A DNA stretch of 64,000 nucleotides from Nitrospira sp. (GTDB lineage Bacteria > Nitrospirota > Nitrospiria > Nitrospirales > Nitrospiraceae). Position 1 is the first letter of the stretch; every line of letters begins with the position of its first letter. The position numbers were made by a program, and so were the translations under genes. Positions 61,150 through 64,000 of the stretch are shown here, one piece after another. Where the stretch lies: positions 2,912,001-2,976,000 of the forward strand of contig AP038806.1 in the NCBI GenBank assembly GCA_047150005.1, given 5' to 3'. The notes under the pieces are model-generated. The model saw only the letters and a program-made list of their open reading frames with translations, had not been told where the DNA came from and did no database searches.

Positions 61150-61797
61150 CTAGAACGAGGCTCGCACCGTGTTCGGTGTGCCGGGGACCGTGCATTTGTT
61201 GCAGACGCCGGAGCTGATCTTGGCGTTGAGCTTTTCTTCGAGATAGTCTTCGAGCCGTTGCCACAGCCCGCCGCTGGTTTTGACCCGCTTGCACTTGGCG
61301 CACAGGCACAGCGCACCTCGAAGCGACTTGAGCTCCTGGACCGTCTTGCCGAGCTGCTTGGCCTGCTCGTCGAGTTCCCGCTCGCGCTCCGTGCGATTGT
61401 CCAGTTCCTCCTTGAGGCTCATGGCCATAGAGACACGCGCCACCAGTTCCGCGGGAATCACCGGCTTGCGGATGTAGTCCGTGGCTCCGGCGGTGTAAGC
61501 CGCGGTCAGGTCGGACGAGTCGGTTCTGGCCGTCACCACGATCACGGGAAGATGCTCCAGCCGCTCGTCTTCGCGGATGCGTCGGCAAGCCTCCAAACCG
61601 TCCATGTCGGGCATGATGATGTCCATCAGGACGATGTCCACGCGATCCGGCGGCGGTGCCGAGGATCCGACACCCAGCCGCTGCAAGGCGTCGGACGCGG
61701 AGTCGGCGAATAACAGCGACCGGTAGCCGGCCTGCTGAAGCGTGAGCGCCAGCAGTTCCCGTTGCTCCTCGAAATCGTCGACGATGAGAATGCTCAT
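61150..61797 (-). CDS. Response regulator with C-terminal coiled coil and Cys-cluster tail
   Basis: IVDD, LMDIIMP, DYIRKP; CAKCK...GVCNKC. Confidence 0.88.
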   Translation of the reverse strand: MSILIVDDFEEQRELLALTLQQAGYRSLLFADSASDALQRLGVGSSAPPPDRVDIVLMDIIMPDMDGLEACRRIREDERLEHLPVIVVTARTDSSDLTAAYTAGATDYIRKPVIPAELVARVSMAMSLKEELDNRTERERELDEQAKQLGKTVQELKSLRGALCLCAKCKRVKTSGGLWQRLEDYLEEKLNAKISSGVCNKCTVPGTPNTVRASF

Positions 61798-61809
61798 GGC
61801 ACGGCTCCT

Positions 61810-64000
61810 TTACTGGGGTGTGGGCGATGGTGAAGGGTCGTGACCGGACGGGGAGAGGGCCTGCTCCGCTGCGTCGATCACGGCGCACAGGTCTGCGATG
61901 CCGGTCGTGATCCGTTCGAGGTGGCGCCGGTCGGCCGCGTCTTCCAGGACGCCGCCGACGGCTCCGATGGCATGCAGGCCGTAGGTGCCGGCGAGCCCCT
62001 TAATGCGGTGGCCGATGAGCCTGATCTGCTCGAAGTTGCGGGCGTCGACGGCCCGCTGCAGTTCCTGCACGTCGCGTCGTCGGTTCTGAATAAATTTCGG
62101 CCTCATCCGGTTCAATTCGGCGTCTAGCAGTCCGGCCTGGTCCGATCTCAGGCGGGCCGGCGGGACGACCGGCTTCGTCTCCGCGACGAATCGACGGATG
62201 GTGCTGAGCACGGTGTCCATTTTGACCGGCTTGGTGAGGAAATCGTCGCAGCCGGCCTCCGCGCTCCGCTGTCTGGATTCGGCGAAACCGTCGGCGGTGA
62301 GAGCGACGATCGGGGTCCGGGGGCGGTCCTGTTCCGTCTCCCAGGCACGGATGCGCCTGGCGGCTTCGCAGCCGTCCATGTCGGGCATGTGCAGGTCCAT
62401 GAGCACCAGATCGTAGCGGTCGGACTTGAACGTCTCGACGACGCTCGTGCCGCTGTCGGCGCAATCCAACCGATAGGGAGATTTGCTCAGATAGAGGCGC
62501 ATGACGTGCTGGGATTCGATGGAATCCTCCGCCAGCAGAATTTTCCATTCCCTGGTTGAGACGGCACGCAGCGTTGGTTGACACAAGCGGCTTCGCGACG
62601 TCGAGGTCACCGGCTCCTGCACGTCCGTTTCGGTTTGGATCATCGCAAATGGAACGGTGAACGAGAAGGTGCTGCCTTGCCCCGGCATGCTTTCGACCCA
62701 GATGCGTCCACCCATGAGTTGGACGAGTTGCCTGCAGATGGAGAGCCCTAATCCGACTCCGCCGTAGTGTCGGTTGGCTCGCGAATCCGCCTGGGAAAAC
62801 CGCTCGAACAGCCGGTCCCGCAGTTCGTCGGTGATGCCGATCCCCGTATCCGAGACGGCGAACTGCACCTTGCACTGCGCGTCGTCGACCGCGCGCAGTT
62901 TGGCCCGCACGGTGACCGATCCTGCCGCGGTGAACTTGATGGCATTTCTGACCAGGTTGAGCAGTACCTGTTGGAAGCGATGCGCGTCTCCTCTCAGGCG
63001 CGCCGGGATTGCCGGGTCGAGATGGGTCGTCACCGTCAAGCCCTTCTCCTGTGCCTCGGGGGCGAGGAGATTCGTACATTCCAGCGTGATTTCCCGCAGG
63101 ACGAACGGTTCCGAGGTCAGCGTCAGGGTGCCGGATTCCGCCTTGGCGGTCAGCAGCAGATCTTCGATCATCCGCAGCAGCGTGTCGCTGGCCTTGGTGC
63201 ATCGCTCGACCAGCGCCAGCTGCTGGGGAGTGAGCGGGGTTCTGGCCAGGTAATCCGCCATTCCCATGATGGCGTTCAGCGGCGTGCGCATTTCGTGGCT
63301 CATGTTGGCCAGGAAATCACTCTTGGCCTTGCTGGCCGCCTCGGCCGCCAGCCGGGCCCGTACCAGTGTCGCTTCCGCCTCCTTGCGTTCCGTCACGTCC
63401 TCCGAGATACCCAGCAGATAGCGGGGTGTTCCGTCGCCGCCGCAAATCGGGATCTTTTTCGTGTGCAACAGCCGGACGCCCATGCCCTTGGTCTGCACCG
63501 GTTCTTCGGGAACGTCGACCAGGCGCCCGCCGGCCAGGGTTTCACGGTCCTTGGCGGTGAAAAAGTCGGCCTCCTGCTTGGGGAAAAAATCGTAGTCGTT
63601 CTTTCCCAGGAGGTCGGATCGGGGATAGCCAAGCAGGGCTTCTCCCGCTTTGTTGAACCGGACGAACCGCAGGTCTTGGGCGTCCTTGACGAACACCATA
63701 TCCGGCAGGTGTTCGAACAGGGATTCGATAAAGGCCGTCGTCTGCCTGAGCGTGTCCTCGGCCCGCTTTCGCCCGCTGATGTCGCGGATGAAGGATGAAA
63801 ACAACACGTCCTTGTCGAGCATCAGGGGGATCATGGTCAACTCCGCAGGAAAGCGCTCTCCGTTCTTTCGGATCGCGGTCACTTCGACGCGCTGCCGAAG
63901 CAACTGTTCGGAGCCGGTCGTGAGGGAGTGCTTCAACCCCTCGATGTGAGCGGCCCGCTGGTCGTCCGGGATGATCAGCTCGACAAGCGGCTGACCCACG
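61810..64000 (-). CDS. Hybrid PAS histidine kinase (HisKA-HATPase-REC-Hpt), 5' truncated by window
   Basis: [43 protein letters not shown]. Confidence 0.93.
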   Translation of the reverse strand, partial: VGQPLVELIIPDDQRAAHIEGLKHSLTTGSEQLLRQRVEVTAIRKNGERFPAELTMIPLMLDKDVLFSSFIRDISGRKRAEDTLRQTTAFIESLFEHLPDMVFVKDAQDLRFVRFNKAGEALLGYPRSDLLGKNDYDFFPKQEADFFTAKDRETLAGGRLVDVPEEPVQTKGMGVRLLHTKKIPICGGDGTPRYLLGISEDVTERKEAEATLVRARLAAEAASKAKSDFLANMSHEMRTPLNAIMGMADYLARTPLTPQQLALVERCTKASDTLLRMIEDLLLTAKAESGTLTLTSEPFVLREITLECTNLLAPEAQEKGLTVTTHLDPAIPARLRGDAHRFQQVLLNLVRNAIKFTAAGSVTVRAKLRAVDDAQCKVQFAVSDTGIGITDELRDRLFERFSQADSRANRHYGGVGLGLSICRQLVQLMGGRIWVESMPGQGSTFSFTVPFAMIQTETDVQEPVTSTSRSRLCQPTLRAVSTREWKILLAEDSIESQHVMRLYLSKSPYRLDCADSGTSVVETFKSDRYDLVLMDLHMPDMDGCEAARRIRAWETEQDRPRTPIVALTADGFAESRQRSAEAGCDDFLTKPVKMDTVLSTIRRFVAETKPVVPPARLRSDQAGLLDAELNRMRPKFIQNRRRDVQELQRAVDARNFEQIRLIGHRIKGLAGTYGLHAIGAVGGVLEDAADRRHLERITTGIADLCAVIDAAEQALSPSGHDPSPSPTPQ

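Noticed and set aside
62000..63798. Long alternative-frame ORFs (400 aa and 343 aa) and similar shadow ORFs over amt, uup and glnE
   Set aside because: They are high-GC shadows of well-supported genes with no recognisable motifs.

Overview
This is a GC-rich bacterial chromosome segment; gene content suggests Nitrospira (inference). It has four parts. (1) 1-10.2 kb is a nitrogen-assimilation locus: cyanate/nitrate-type ABC transporter, cyanase, two Amt transporters, Rieske/cytochrome b, an octaheme HAO-family cytochrome c and a NarX/NarL-type two-component pair. An ANTAR-type dual-hairpin/terminator leader sits in front of the first amt. (2) 10-23 kb holds housekeeping and secreted-protein genes. 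(3) About 23-57 kb is a mosaic accessory region. It carries two IS481 and two IS5 copies, a MITE, a Tat-exported copper-storage operon, three toxin-antitoxin modules and an IS-disrupted PaeR7I/XhoI-type restriction-modification system. It also contains a 9.9-kb cassette bounded by 122-bp direct repeats that links hopanoid genes (hpnM, hpnN, hpnO) to an APS kinase, a sulfotransferase and an SMR/EamA pair; this is the best candidate for an undescribed system (sulfated hopanoid or lipid synthesis and export). (4) 57-64 kb holds a glnE split into two divergent, apparently leaderless genes and a two-component system. No rRNA, tRNA or CRISPR array was seen. All family assignments come from motif recognition, not database searches.
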